From the NCBI GenBank assembly GCA_947452215.1, contig CANGCD010000001.1:1-61561 (forward strand): 61,561 bases of DNA. Direction: 5' to 3'. Source of the DNA: Cytophagaceae bacterium (GTDB taxonomy: Bacteria > Bacteroidota > Bacteroidia > Cytophagales > Spirosomataceae). The notes under the pieces are model-generated. The model saw nothing but the letters and a program-made list of their open reading frames with translations. It was not told the DNA's origin and did not search any database. Below, one piece after another: positions 1 to 11,400 of this stretch; positions within the stretch are counted from its first letter, which is position 1; every line of letters starts with the position of its first letter. Made by a program: the position numbers and the translations under genes.

Positions 1-693
1 ATGCTGAAAACGATAAATAAATTTCCGATTTGTGCGTTCAACCGCCTGATCCGGATTAATATCAATAAAGCGCGCAAAGTTCACCAAGCTGAATATCAAA
101 TCACCCAGCTCACCTTCCGCCTCCTCTTTTTGGTTAGCCGTTAAGTCTTTTCCTACAAAGGTCTCCTTAAATTCTCCCAGCTCTTCTTCCACCTTCTCCC
201 AAACTTGCTCCTTTTCTTCCCAGTCAAAGCCCGCCCCGCGTGCCTTCTCCTGTATCCGCATGGCTTTCACCAACGCGGGTAAGGAACTCGGTACACCGGA
301 TAACACCGACTTATTTCCCTCCTTTAATTTCAAAGCTTCCCAGTTGGCCTTCACTTCCTCCTCCGTCTCCGCCACAACATCCCCATAAATGTGCGGATGC
401 CGCGAAATCAACTTCTCACAAATACCATTCAACATCGATGTCGCATCAAAATCCCCCGTCTCTGAGCCGATTTTACTATAAAAAACCAAATGCAGCATGA
501 CATCCCCAATCTCCTTCCGAATCTCAGCCATGTCTTTAGACAAAATCGCATCCGACAACTCATAGGTCTCCTCAATAGTCAAATGACGCAAGGTATCCAT
601 CGTCTGCTTTTTGTCCCACGGGCATTTCTCCCGCAAATCATCCATGATGCACAATAATCGATCAAAGGCCTCCGCCGCTGCTGGGTATCTCAT
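1..693 (-). CDS. mazG: Nucleoside triphosphate pyrophosphohydrolase MazG (3' end runs off window)
   Basis: Not in ORF track. Manual minus-strand translation from ATG at 693 gives MRYPAAAEAFDRLLCIMDDLREKCPWDKKQTMDTLRHLTIEETYELSDAI, containing the CPWD..QT and EExYE MazG signature. Confidence 0.93.
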   Translation of the reverse strand, partial: MRYPAAAEAFDRLLCIMDDLREKCPWDKKQTMDTLRHLTIEETYELSDAILSKDMAEIRKEIGDVMLHLVFYSKIGSETGDFDATSMLNGICEKLISRHPHIYGDVVAETEEEVKANWEALKLKEGNKSVLSGVPSSLPALVKAMRIQEKARGAGFDWEEKEQVWEKVEEELGEFKETFVGKDLTANQKEEAEGELGDLIFSLVNFARFIDINPDQAVERTNRKFIYRFQH

Positions 694-695
694 GC

Positions 696-1547
696 TTATG
701 GGTTTAATCCGTATACACGGACATAATCAATCAAAAATTTATTGGGAAAGATTGTATCATCAACGCCTTTTTGTCCACCCCAATCTCCACCAATTGCTAA
801 GTTTAACAAAATGTGTTGTTTCTTATCAAAAGGCCATTCTTCCCAGCCTTTTCCCGTATTTTCAAAATAGAAATATTGTTTGCCATCAATGAACGATTGA
901 ATGGTCGTTGGCGTCCACTCGACCGAATAAACGTGAAATGCCGTATCAAAATCATCAATACGCGTTGTTGACGTCTTTTGCGTTCCGATCACATGGTTGA
1001 ATGATTTTGTATGCACCGAAAAATGCATCACCGCCGGATCATAGCCCACATGTTCTAAAATATCTATTTCCCCGTTATCAGGCCAATAAGTCGAGCCGTA
1101 ATCGGATTGACTTGCCAACATCCAAATCGCCGGCCAATTGCCTCGACCCGCGGGAACTTTCGCACGTACTTCGATTTTTCCATAAAGAAAATCTTGCTTG
1201 CCTTTCGTAACGATTCGTGCCGAGGAATAATCCATGGAACCTGATTTTTCCTTAATTGCCTCAATGGTCAAAATGCCGTTCTCAATGTGCGCATTATCGA
1301 TGTCCGCATTGGTATAATTTTGCAGCTCATGGTTTCCCCATCCGGAACCACCGACATCGTAAGACCAAAATTTAGCATTGGGTAATCCTGGCGTATCAAA
1401 TTCGTCCGACCAGATGGGATCCTTCGTAAACGTATAGACCTTCGGGGCTACAGGTGCCACAGGAACATTCGATAAGGCTGGCTTAGGAGCCTCCTGCGAA
1501 GCACATCCCATAAATGCAATCCCAAGCAGAGCAATGTTTTTGATCAT
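696..1547 (-). CDS. Glycoside hydrolase family 16 (laminarinase-like), probable lipoprotein
   Basis: WSDEF, WPAIWML and EIDILE catalytic motif. Lipoprotein-like signal LLGIAFMGC. Start moved to MIKNIALL, which follows a TATTTTTG promoter box. Confidence 0.9.
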   Translation of the reverse strand: MIKNIALLGIAFMGCASQEAPKPALSNVPVAPVAPKVYTFTKDPIWSDEFDTPGLPNAKFWSYDVGGSGWGNHELQNYTNADIDNAHIENGILTIEAIKEKSGSMDYSSARIVTKGKQDFLYGKIEVRAKVPAGRGNWPAIWMLASQSDYGSTYWPDNGEIDILEHVGYDPAVMHFSVHTKSFNHVIGTQKTSTTRIDDFDTAFHVYSVEWTPTTIQSFIDGKQYFYFENTGKGWEEWPFDKKQHILLNLAIGGDWGGQKGVDDTIFPNKFLIDYVRVYGLNP

Positions 1548-1620
1548 TTGTTGATTTTTTAGCTTCCAAAAATAACCTGATTCCCACCACAATTCCTATT
1601 CTTCGCAAGCGATAATTATG

Positions 1621-1628
1621 TACTTTTG
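1621..1628 (+). promoter_or_regulatory. Bacteroidota sigma70 -7 box (TACTTTTG) 3 nt before uvrB ATG
   Basis: Exact TAnnTTTG match. Confidence 0.6.
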
Positions 1629-1631
1629 AAC

Positions 1632-3650
1632 ATGGATTTTAAAATCGCGTCTTCTTATCAACCCACAGGTGATCAACCAAATGCCATCAAGGAATTGGTG
1701 GAAGGCCTTCAGAAAGAAGAAAGATCCCAAACGCTCCTCGGCGTGACTGGTTCCGGAAAAACCTTTACCATCGCCAATGTAATTAAGGAGGTTAACCGAC
1801 CGACCCTGATTTTATCCCATAACAAAACCCTAGCTGCGCAATTATACGGCGAATTCAAATCCTTTTTCCCCGAAAACGCTGTTGAATATTTTATCTCCTA
1901 TTACGATTATTACCAACCGGAAGCTTTTATCGCCTCCACAGGTACATACATCGAAAAGGACCTTTCCATCAACCAAGAAATCGAGAAATTAAGGCTTGCC
2001 ACCACGGCAGCCTTGATGTCCGGTCGGCGCGACATCATCGTCATCGCATCTGTTTCCTGCATTTACGGGATGGGAAACCCCGATGAATACAAGAACTCCA
2101 TCATGCGCATCGGCGTAGGGGAAACGATTTCACGAAATCAATTTCTCTTCCGACTCGTTGAGATCCTTTATTCGAGAACCGAAGGTGAATTTCTCCGCGG
2201 AACCTTCCGAGTGAAAGGCGACACCGTGGATATCTTTTTGGCTTATGCCGATTTCGGATATCGGGTCATATTCTTTGGTGATGAGATCGAAGAAATTCAC
2301 CGCATCGATCCGTGGACAGGCAAGAAAATTTCGAAAGAAACCATGGTTGCCATTTTCCCCGCGAATTTATTCGTGACGGGACGAGAGACATTAAATAATG
2401 CGATTTCGGATATTCAGGCGGATTTGGTGAATCAAATTTCCTATTTCGGGAAAGACGGTCGATTGCAAGAAGCAGAACGCATCAAGCAACGTACGGAATT
2501 TGATTTGGAGATGATGCGCGAACTGGGCTATTGCTCCGGCATCGAGAACTATTCACGCTATTTTGATCAGCGAAAACCGGGCCAGCGCCCTTTCTGCTTA
2601 TTAGACTTTTTCCCAGATGATTTCCTCATGGTCGTGGACGAAAGTCACGTGACTATGCCACAGATTCGTGCCATGTACGGCGGTGACCGCTCCCGCAAAG
2701 AATCTTTAGTTGAATATGGTTTCCGTTTGCCGTCGGCGATGGATAACCGACCGCTCACCTTTCAGGAATTTGAGGATATCGTAGGCCAAACGATTTACGT
2801 TTCGGCAACGCCATCAGATTATGAATTAAAACAATCAGAAGGGGTTGTGGTGGAACAAATCATTCGGCCAACAGGCTTATTGGATCCCATCATTGAAGTG
2901 CGACCAACGAAGAATCAAATCGATGATTTACTCGATGAAGTTTACGACCGCATCAAGAAAAAAGAGCGTGTGCTAATTACAACCTTGACCAAGCGCATGG
3001 CGGAGGAATTATCCAAATACCTCGACCGCGTGGGAGTCAAATGCCGGTACATTCACTCGGAAATCAAAACCTTGGAAAGGGTTGAGATATTAAGAGAATT
3101 ACGCTTAGGCGTTATCGACGTTTTGGTTGGTGTCAATTTATTGCGGGAAGGACTGGATTTGCCAGAGGTGTCTTTGGTGGCGATTATGGATGCCGATAAA
3201 GAGGGTTTCCTTCGCGATATTCGCTCGTTGGTTCAAACGATTGGTCGGGCAGCGCGGAATGAAAACGGTCGGGTCATCATGTATGGCGATAAAATGACAG
3301 GCTCCATGGAGCGCGCGATTTCGGAAACGAACCGCCGGCGCGAAAAACAAATGGCCTACAACACAGAGCATGGGATTACCCCGAAAACCATTTGGCGAAG
3401 TCATGATGAAATCATGGAGCAGACGTCGATTGCCGATCGCATGGCGAAACCGATGAAATCATATGGCATTACGCCGAAGGAATCCTTGCAGGCGGCAGAT
3501 CCATTATTGGCCTATATGAGTAAACCCGAACTAAAGAAACAAAAGGAGGCCGTTCAAAAAGAAATGGAACGAGCAGCACGCGATTTAGATTTCCCGTTAG
3601 CGGCGAAGTTTCGCGACGAGCTTTTGGCCATCGATAAATTACTGGTATAA
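1632..3650 (+). CDS. uvrB: Excinuclease ABC subunit B
   Basis: GVTGSGKT Walker A, YYDYYQPE beta-hairpin motif, DESH, C-terminal UVR domain. Confidence 0.98.
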   Translation: MDFKIASSYQPTGDQPNAIKELVEGLQKEERSQTLLGVTGSGKTFTIANVIKEVNRPTLILSHNKTLAAQLYGEFKSFFPENAVEYFISYYDYYQPEAFIASTGTYIEKDLSINQEIEKLRLATTAALMSGRRDIIVIASVSCIYGMGNPDEYKNSIMRIGVGETISRNQFLFRLVEILYSRTEGEFLRGTFRVKGDTVDIFLAYADFGYRVIFFGDEIEEIHRIDPWTGKKISKETMVAIFPANLFVTGRETLNNAISDIQADLVNQISYFGKDGRLQEAERIKQRTEFDLEMMRELGYCSGIENYSRYFDQRKPGQRPFCLLDFFPDDFLMVVDESHVTMPQIRAMYGGDRSRKESLVEYGFRLPSAMDNRPLTFQEFEDIVGQTIYVSATPSDYELKQSEGVVVEQIIRPTGLLDPIIEVRPTKNQIDDLLDEVYDRIKKKERVLITTLTKRMAEELSKYLDRVGVKCRYIHSEIKTLERVEILRELRLGVIDVLVGVNLLREGLDLPEVSLVAIMDADKEGFLRDIRSLVQTIGRAARNENGRVIMYGDKMTGSMERAISETNRRREKQMAYNTEHGITPKTIWRSHDEIMEQTSIADRMAKPMKSYGITPKESLQAADPLLAYMSKPELKKQKEAVQKEMERAARDLDFPLAAKFRDELLAIDKLLV

Positions 3651-3676
3651 AAAAGGCACGGAATGAATTCCGTGCC
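3651..3676. terminator. Intrinsic terminator between convergent uvrB and pdhA
   Basis: GGCACGGAA-TGAA-TTCCGTGCC hairpin with A-run on the left (U-tail on minus strand). Confidence 0.75.
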
Positions 3677-3698
3677 TCTCACTTATTGTCTTTTCAAA

Positions 3699-4709
3699 TT
3701 ACTCCGAGATAAACGGATAATCTTCCTGAACGTATACATCTTTGTATGCTTCATCTGCAGTAGGGAATGGTGACACTTCTGCAAAATCAACTGATTCTTG
3801 AACTTGAACCTTAATTTTCGCATCGATCGCATCTAAATCTGCTTGCGTTGCGATTCCATATTCAAAGATGCGTTGTTTAACTTGTTCGATCGGATCACGC
3901 TCTTTGTAAGCCTCTACCTCCTCTTTTGAACGGTATTTTTGAGGATCCGACATGGAGTGTCCACGGTAACGATAGGTTCTGAACTCCAAAAACGTAGGAC
4001 CTTCACCCGCACGAGCACGTGCAGCAGCGCGTGAAACCGCTTCGTGAACGGCTTCCACGTCCATGGCGTCAACTGCCTCTGAAGGCATGTCATAAGCCTC
4101 ACCTAATTGGTATAATTCTGTTACGTTCGAAGTACGAGCAACAGACGTACCCATCGCGTAACCATTGTTTTCTACCACGAAAATCGCAGGCAATTTCCAT
4201 GTCATCGCCATGTTGAATGCTTCATGCAAAGCTCCTTGACGAGATGCGCCATCACCGAAATAGGTGATCGATACGTTACCTGTTTTCTTATATTTTTCAG
4301 CAAACGCTAAACCAGCTCCCAATGGGATTTGAGCCCCTACGATACCGTGTCCGCCTACAAAGCCAACTTCTTTATCAAAGATGTGCATTGAGCCACCTTT
4401 TCCTTTGGAAGCACCTGTGATTTTACCGTATAATTCGGCCATAATCGCGTTAGGAGATGTTCCTAGGGCTAATGGGATACCGTGGTCACGGTAAGCGGTA
4501 ATGTATTTATCGCCTTCGCGTAAAGCAGATTTAGAACCGGAAGAGCAAGCCTCCTGGCCAATGTATAAGTGACAAAAACCTTTAATTTTTTGCATTCCGT
4601 ACAATTGACCGCACTTCTCTTCGAATTTGCGTTGTAATTGCATGGATTCGTACCAATACATGTAGGTCTCTTTGGAATACTTAGGTGCTTGTGTTTCTTT
4701 CTTTGCCAT
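3699..4709 (-). CDS. pdhA: Pyruvate dehydrogenase E1 alpha subunit
   Basis: GFCHLYIGQEA, GKGGSMH, GDGA..QG TPP motif, RYRGHSMSDP. Confidence 0.97.
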   Translation of the reverse strand: MAKKETQAPKYSKETYMYWYESMQLQRKFEEKCGQLYGMQKIKGFCHLYIGQEACSSGSKSALREGDKYITAYRDHGIPLALGTSPNAIMAELYGKITGASKGKGGSMHIFDKEVGFVGGHGIVGAQIPLGAGLAFAEKYKKTGNVSITYFGDGASRQGALHEAFNMAMTWKLPAIFVVENNGYAMGTSVARTSNVTELYQLGEAYDMPSEAVDAMDVEAVHEAVSRAAARARAGEGPTFLEFRTYRYRGHSMSDPQKYRSKEEVEAYKERDPIEQVKQRIFEYGIATQADLDAIDAKIKVQVQESVDFAEVSPFPTADEAYKDVYVQEDYPFISE

Positions 4710-4849
4710 CTGTCGATTGGAAATTTTTTGTTGCTAGGGGAAAATGCCCCAGTCAAAACCAAGGCGAAATTAAAACAAAACACGCAAGCAGCCAAAAAAT
4801 CGCGTATTATTCTTTATTTTTACACCGTTGTGCCCATACGCTCGTTCCT

Positions 4850-5947
4850 ATGTACCTAAAATCCTTACAGGTCAAACAGTTTAAATCCTACGAGGAGGCG
4901 CAATTTGAATTTATTCCCCACATCAATTGCATCGTAGGCGAAAACGGAATCGGCAAAACGAATCTCCTCGACGCCATTCATTTTCTTTCTTTGACCAAAA
5001 GCGCGCGCGGTGTCGCGGATCCTTTGTGCATCCGCCATGGCGATAGCTTTTTCATGGTGCAAGGCAGTTTTATCTTCCAAAAAGATGAACATGTCCCTGA
5101 AACAGAAACACAGATTACTTGCGCAGTTCAAAAAGGACAGAAGAAAGCATTATTACGCGACCAAAAACCCTATACGCGACTAGCTGATCACATCGGAAAT
5201 TTCCCCATTGTGCTGATGGATCCGCACGATACAGACCTCGTACGCGATAGCAGCGATACCCGTCGGCGATTCTTCGATGGTGTGATGGCCCAGCTAGACC
5301 GTAGTTTCTTGGAAAATCTAATGCGCTACAACCGGATTGTTCAGCAGCGTAACAGCCTCTTGAAAATGTTTGCAGATACGGGATCACATGATGCCTTAAT
5401 GCTTGCGAGTTATCACGAGCCCCTCGTAATTTTAGGTGAATCGATTAATGCCGCACGAATCGAATTCTTAAAGGACTTCCTTCCCCGTTTTCAGTCACAT
5501 TATGCAGCCTTATCCGATGATCGCGAACAGGTGATGATTCGCTTAGAGTCTACATTTGAAGCAGGGCATTTGGATGAGGCCTTGAAACAGGCAGAAAGGC
5601 AAGATTTTGCAGCTCAGCGGACCACCGTAGGAATTCACCGCGATGATTTCGAGTTTGAAATAAATGCGTATCCCTTGAAAAAATACGGCTCACAAGGTCA
5701 AACCAAAAGCTTTGTGGTAGCCTTAAAACTCGCGCAATTCGATGCATTAACAGCTGTTAAACCTCGGAAACCGCTACTCTTACTTGATGATATTTTTGAT
5801 AAATTGGACGACCGCCGGATTCAGCGCTTAATCGAAATGATGGCTGAAGATCATTTTGGGCAGGTATTTATCACGGATGCCCGTCCTGAACGAACGAAGA
5901 ACTTATTGAAGGACCTTAGTTCGAAGATTCAATACCTTGCGTTATAA
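4850..5947 (+). CDS. recF: DNA replication/repair protein RecF
   Basis: GENGIGKTN Walker A, GIHRDD, GSQGQ, LLLDD. Start set at MYLKSL. Confidence 0.95.
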   Translation: MYLKSLQVKQFKSYEEAQFEFIPHINCIVGENGIGKTNLLDAIHFLSLTKSARGVADPLCIRHGDSFFMVQGSFIFQKDEHVPETETQITCAVQKGQKKALLRDQKPYTRLADHIGNFPIVLMDPHDTDLVRDSSDTRRRFFDGVMAQLDRSFLENLMRYNRIVQQRNSLLKMFADTGSHDALMLASYHEPLVILGESINAARIEFLKDFLPRFQSHYAALSDDREQVMIRLESTFEAGHLDEALKQAERQDFAAQRTTVGIHRDDFEFEINAYPLKKYGSQGQTKSFVVALKLAQFDALTAVKPRKPLLLLDDIFDKLDDRRIQRLIEMMAEDHFGQVFITDARPERTKNLLKDLSSKIQYLAL

Positions 5948-7091
5948 TATCGCCAAATTTTTGAAGGGAGTTTTCTGCCGCAAATGTCGAGCAAGCGAAA
6001 GGATTGTGTTTAATTTGCTCAGCTTGAATCGCCAAAATTCCTTGGCTGACTTGATCTTCAGATGACGCATCAACTACCAATCCAAATTGATGTTGGTGTA
6101 CAAGCGACCCAATTTGACCCTGATTCGTTCCAAACATCAATTTATTGGCCATGGCGGCACGAACCAGCACCGAACTTGAGCCTAAATGTCCTTGGTATAA
6201 CAACAATATCACGTCGGATGCGTCAAAACACATTTGCACTTCGGGAGCCGACAAGTACCCGTATTTACGAATCACCTCTAATTGGGGAACGCGCGCAATG
6301 GCCTCATCAATCACCTGCTGATATTCGGGTCGAATGGGGCCTACTAACAACAGGCACATTGTATTTAAGATATTCGAAGGAAGATGTTCGCAGGCTTTTA
6401 AAAAAACTTCTATGCCTTTTCGGTTATCTAAATGCCCAAAATTGAGATATACTTTTTTATCGGCAGGCAGCTGAAGCTCCTGCAAAAAAGTGGCACGATG
6501 CGTTTCATCTAAGGAAAACGACCGAATGGGATCACAGAGTTGGACAATGTTAGCTCGGTTTGTTAAGGCTTGAATCTGGGATACAGATTCTGGCACCAAG
6601 CAAAAAAGATTCTTAATTTGACCCGATTCTAGGGCTTTTTGCAAAATCCACTTTTTAAATCGAGGATAGAATCCCCTCGGATTTGATAAAAAATTGGGTC
6701 TGAAATAAATACCTGAAACAGGAATCGTCGCTTTTTTCCCTAACCAAGCTCCCAGTTGGAAATAATCAACATACATCAACAACGCATGTGTAGCTTGTAC
6801 TTCTTGGGCCATGTCTAGCATCAAGTTCCATTCGACAAAAGATCGCCTGTAGATTGACATGGCATGTATTCGTTGGATTTTTTCGGTCGGGATGGGTAAA
6901 AACGTGATGTTTGAACCCCAGGCTAACTGCTCGTTTTCCTTACGATTATCAAATTGTTCTTGAAATGCGGAGCCCGTGGCAACAACTATTTCATAGCCTG
7001 GGAGTGCGCTGTAATACCCGATTAGATTCAATAGATAGTCGGGATGGTGCCCATCAAGTATCGTATCAAAAAGGAGAATGCGCTGTTTCAC
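5916..7091 (-). CDS. Glycosyltransferase (GT-B/GT4-like)
   Basis: GHH..Y N-terminal motif, FGHLDNRKG, SSVLVRAA. GTG start at 7091 (VKQRILLFD) follows a TATTTTTG box. Confidence 0.75.
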   Translation of the reverse strand: MKQRILLFDTILDGHHPDYLLNLIGYYSALPGYEIVVATGSAFQEQFDNRKENEQLAWGSNITFLPIPTEKIQRIHAMSIYRRSFVEWNLMLDMAQEVQATHALLMYVDYFQLGAWLGKKATIPVSGIYFRPNFLSNPRGFYPRFKKWILQKALESGQIKNLFCLVPESVSQIQALTNRANIVQLCDPIRSFSLDETHRATFLQELQLPADKKVYLNFGHLDNRKGIEVFLKACEHLPSNILNTMCLLLVGPIRPEYQQVIDEAIARVPQLEVIRKYGYLSAPEVQMCFDASDVILLLYQGHLGSSSVLVRAAMANKLMFGTNQGQIGSLVHQHQFGLVVDASSEDQVSQGILAIQAEQIKHNPFACSTFAAENSLQKFGDIITQGIESSN

Positions 7092-7116
7092 AAAACAAAA
7101 ATAGGGTAAATAAATG

Positions 7117-7144
7117 AAAAGGTCGGCAAATGACTTTGCCGACC
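7117..7144 (-). terminator. Intrinsic terminator of amidohydrolase operon
   Basis: GGTCGGCAAA-TGAC-TTTGCCGACC perfect 10-bp stem followed by TTTT on the minus strand. Confidence 0.75.
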
Positions 7145-7166
7145 CTCCCAAGAATACGCACAATGC

Positions 7167-8474
7167 CTACAAGTTATATTTGTACTTATAACGATTGTAC
7201 AATTGCGTGTGCTTGTTATTTAAATCAATGGCGCGACCTTGAATAAAGGCGTGGGTCACCACGCTGGATTTCATGTCTAACAAATCCCCTTGGCAAATTA
7301 CGATATTGGCATCCTTGCCATTCTCCAAACTTCCTGTGCGATCTGCGATCCCTAGGATTTTAGCTGGGTTCAAGGTAATGGCCGACAAAGCTTCTTCGCG
7401 GGTTAAGCCATAGGCCGACATCGTTCCTGCCATGAAAGGCAAGTTCCGAATCTGCGTATAGCCATCTCCTGAATCTTGGCAAATCGTGAAAAGAACACCT
7501 GCTTTTTGCAATTGTGCACCCGTTTTGTAGGGTTGGTCTACGGCATCATCTTCGGCAGCAGGCAAGGCATGTGGCTCATGCAAAATAACCGCTACTTGAT
7601 TAGCGGCTAAGATATCTGCAATCATCCAGCTATCAGCGCCTCCAGCGATGACCAATTTGAAGTTAAACTCTTTCGCGAAGTCAATCGCAGTAAGCATTTC
7701 TTTTACCAAATCACAGTGTACATACAATGATTTCGTGCGATCAAAAAGACCTTTCGTTGCTTCAAACTTCAAATTAATTGCCGCATGAGTTTTCTCGTTC
7801 AAATACGCTTTCGCCTCGCGGAAGAAAACGCGACCGGATTCGATTCGCTCCAATCCCGCTTTCACCGGATCAGAATCAGCACCGCGACGACCGCCTCCGC
7901 CATTCGGGCGATTAATCAAGGCAGGAAAAGTCATGTGAACCCCGTTATCCAAGGCATAGGCAGCGTCTTCCCAGTTCCAAGCGTCCAATTGGACAATCGT
8001 GGACGAGCCAGAAATCAAGCCACCTTGGGGAACGATTTGGGCCAATAAAACACCGTTCGTACGCAAGGTATTTATCACTTTACTATCCGTATTGTACGCG
8101 ACAATCGAACGAATATTTGGATTTATTTCGCCCAATTCATCGTAATCAACTGTTGATTTTGTAGAACTTACTTCCACCAAACCCAAGTTGGTATTCGGTG
8201 CAATCACACCCGGATAAATGTGTTTTCCCGTGGCGTCAATATGATCCACATCAGCAGATAAGGTGGGAGCAGATGTTAAAATCGTCAACTTGCCTTTATC
8301 GATGGAAACGGTACCATTGGAAATAACTTGGCCATTGCCAATGTGCAAAGTAGCACCTGTAATAACGATTTTTTTCGTTTGTGCAGGTGAGGGATGCATG
8401 GTTTCTTGCGCCATCAATGATAGACCCAAGAAGCAAAATATAGGTATTAATAGTTTTTTCATGTTCTTATTCAA
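7167..8474 (-). CDS. Secreted amidohydrolase-family protein (metal HxH motif degenerate)
   Basis: IDATGKHIYPG, ITLNPAKILG, GSLENGKDA. Signal peptide present; start may be MKKLL at 8462. Confidence 0.85.
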   Translation of the reverse strand: MNKNMKKLLIPIFCFLGLSLMAQETMHPSPAQTKKIVITGATLHIGNGQVISNGTVSIDKGKLTILTSAPTLSADVDHIDATGKHIYPGVIAPNTNLGLVEVSSTKSTVDYDELGEINPNIRSIVAYNTDSKVINTLRTNGVLLAQIVPQGGLISGSSTIVQLDAWNWEDAAYALDNGVHMTFPALINRPNGGGGRRGADSDPVKAGLERIESGRVFFREAKAYLNEKTHAAINLKFEATKGLFDRTKSLYVHCDLVKEMLTAIDFAKEFNFKLVIAGGADSWMIADILAANQVAVILHEPHALPAAEDDAVDQPYKTGAQLQKAGVLFTICQDSGDGYTQIRNLPFMAGTMSAYGLTREEALSAITLNPAKILGIADRTGSLENGKDANIVICQGDLLDMKSSVVTHAFIQGRAIDLNNKHTQLYNRYKYKYNL

Positions 8475-11400
8475 TTGTATGGTCTACATCATCAATATAA
8501 CGACTTGCGATACGCTCCCAAAGGCTCTTATCATGGTTGTGATCTTCTTCACACATGTTTTGCTTCTTCACGGATGGAGCGGAAGCACGCGTCGGTGCGC
8601 CGCCCTTTTTCGATGCAATCATCTTTTGAATCAAGCGTTGTTTTTCTGCTTGCAAGGAAACTTGAAGTTTCGCATCTTCAGCACGGTCAAAAACAACAGT
8701 ACCGTCAACGATTGTTTTCTCAGACTTCGCATAAATACTCAACGGGTGATCTGACCAGATAACTAAATCGGCATCTTTACCTGGTGCGATACTACCTACG
8801 CGATCTGCGACGTGCAACATTTTGGCAGGATTCAAGGTTACCATTTTTAAGGCATCTTCTTCTGACATACCAGCATATTTCACCGATTTTGCAGCTTCTT
8901 GATTTAAACGACGTGCCATCTCCGCATCATCGGAATTGATGGCAACATTCACGCCAACGGCCTGCATGATTGCAGCGTTTTGTGGAATCGCATCCAATAC
9001 TTCCATTTTGTAGTTCCACCAATCCCCGAAGGTCGAGGCGCTTGCTCCGTGCGCTTTCATCTTATCCGCTACTTTATAGCCTTCCAAAATGTGTGTCAAG
9101 GTATTTACCGTGAAGCCGAATTTATCCGCCACTTTCAAGATGGCATTAATCTCACTTTGTACATACGAGTGACAAGTAATGAAGCGCTTCTTATTTAAGA
9201 TTTCCAATAAGGTTTCTAATTCCAAATCTATACGCTTGCCTGGACCTTGTTTTTCGTAATCCCGTGCACGTGTAAACGCATCCGTTAATACTTGTTCAAC
9301 ACCCATACGAGTATCCGGGAAACGAGGATTGGATGTGTTCCAAGAGCGCTTCACGTTTTCACCTAAGGCAAACTTGATGAAAGGATCCCAGTTGGAAAAT
9401 TTCAATGCCTCCGCGTTTTGTCCCCAACGGAATTTCAACAATTGGGTTTGACCACCTATGACGTTGCAACTTCCATGAAGAATATGACTGGCAGTTACAC
9501 CCCCACTTAATTGACGGTAGATATCCACATCATCTGGATCGATAACATCTGCGATACGCGCTTCTGCAGTAACCGATTGTGTACATTCATTGATGCCACC
9601 CGTAGCACCTACGTGCGAGTGTTCATCGATGATTCCAGCTGTTACGTGTTTGCCAGTTCCGTCGACGATACGAGCAGATGCATCCTTGAGGCCTTTGCCT
9701 ACTTGAACAATTTTACCTGCTTTAACGAGTACATCCGCATCTTTTAGGACGCCTTGTTTTTCGTTTGTCCAAACTGTGGCGTGTTGAATCAATAAGTTCT
9801 CTTGTTTCGCAATCGTCTTTTGGCCAAAACCATTGAAAGGGAAAACAACATCTCCTACTGCTTCAGGCTTCGTAACCTTGGCTAATGAAGAGTCAGATTT
9901 CGCTGCTTCTGAACGAATCGCTTTCCAAGAAATCCAATTACCTGAAGCTAATTGGCCTGTACCCGAAATGCTAGTTCCATCATAAGAACCCGTCAATCGA
10001 ACGCGTTGTGATTTATCCGCTTTGCTTGCATAGCCTAAATTTACCAATTGATCTTTTTGGCTTAGGTCTACTTGCGTGGTATCGCTGGCGATTAATGAGG
10101 CTTTGTAAGAACCTGGTTCTCCTTGAATAACTAATTTAGCCGTATTTGCTCCTAAAGAAACCTGATACGTTCCTGCTAAATTCGTCCACAAATCGGTCTG
10201 AACTGCATAAGCACTTCCTTGAACCCAGTTCTCAATGATGGCTGATTTCTCAGCAAAGACCGGTCCAGTTGATATAAAGAAGTTGGCCACTTTGCCTTGA
10301 TCTAATGTTCCTACTAAATCAGCAACACCCAATAATTGTGCGGGCGTTACGGTAAGCGCCTCTAAGGCTCTTTGTTCTGACAAACCATATTGAATGGCTT
10401 TACGAAGGTTTGGCAAAAACGTGGTAACGTCTTTCAATCCATTCGCCGTTAACGCAAAAGAAATATTTGCCTTTTCAAATGCTGCTGGATTGGTTGGGGC
10501 TAATTCCCAATGTTTCAATTCCGCTACGTTCACAAAACGCATATCAGTCGGGTCCTCCACATCAATCGTCTGTGGGAACGCAAGAGGTAAGATGAAAGCC
10601 GCTTTGGTTGCTTTCATTTCATCGATGCGCTGGTATTCGTCACCGGAACCTTTGATGATGTATTGCACACCAAACTCGTCTCCGATTTTATCCGCGCGCA
10701 AAACGTTCCATTTTTCGGTTACCGCAAAAATCTGAGGAAGACCCGCATTTTGGTTAAAGCGATCTAGGCTAAGGTTTAAGCCTTCTTGAGCTGGCTTTGA
10801 TTTATACCATTGCGCATCTAAAAAGTTTTGACGAAGCAATGCTACGCTACCCATTAATGAGCCTGGGTAATCTTGCGTAGAAGAACCTTTTTCGAAGGAG
10901 AAATGTGCTGCCGTTTTTTCTTTTAGGATGACCATGTTTTCGCGGTCTTTCGCTAAAGAAACTAAGGCACTTGTCCCACGGGAAATTCCATCAGCTTGTA
11001 GGGTTGAAACCGACCCGAAGCCTAGTTTACGTAGATCCTTAGCTTTGGATTCATTCACAACGAAATGTTTCGCGTGTTCTACTTCAGATTTTAAGGCCTG
11101 ATTCCAAGAGAAAGGTCCTTTCGTATTGCTGAGCATTTGAGACGGAGCGCGGTAGCTATAGTTGCTTGCGCTAACCGCTTCCATGCCATAATCGCTGAAT
11201 GCGTCAACGAAACTTGGATAGATAAATTTGCCTTTGCATTCAATGACAACGGCATCTTTGGGAATGGCTACAGCTGTGCCTACCGCCTCAATGCGACCTT
11301 GCTTGATGATAAGCGTTGCGTTTTGTAAGGTTGTTTTGGCATCTTTGACAACAGTCGCATGAACGAAGGCATAATAACCTGCGCGTGGATTGGCGACATC

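Noticed and set aside
240-500. Pro-rich 86-aa plus-strand ORF (also 611..892)
   Set aside because: Antisense shadow of mazG and the GH16 gene.
1548-1631. SOS/LexA box upstream of uvrB
   Set aside because: No CTGT-N8-ACAG or GGA-N5-TCC palindrome is visible.
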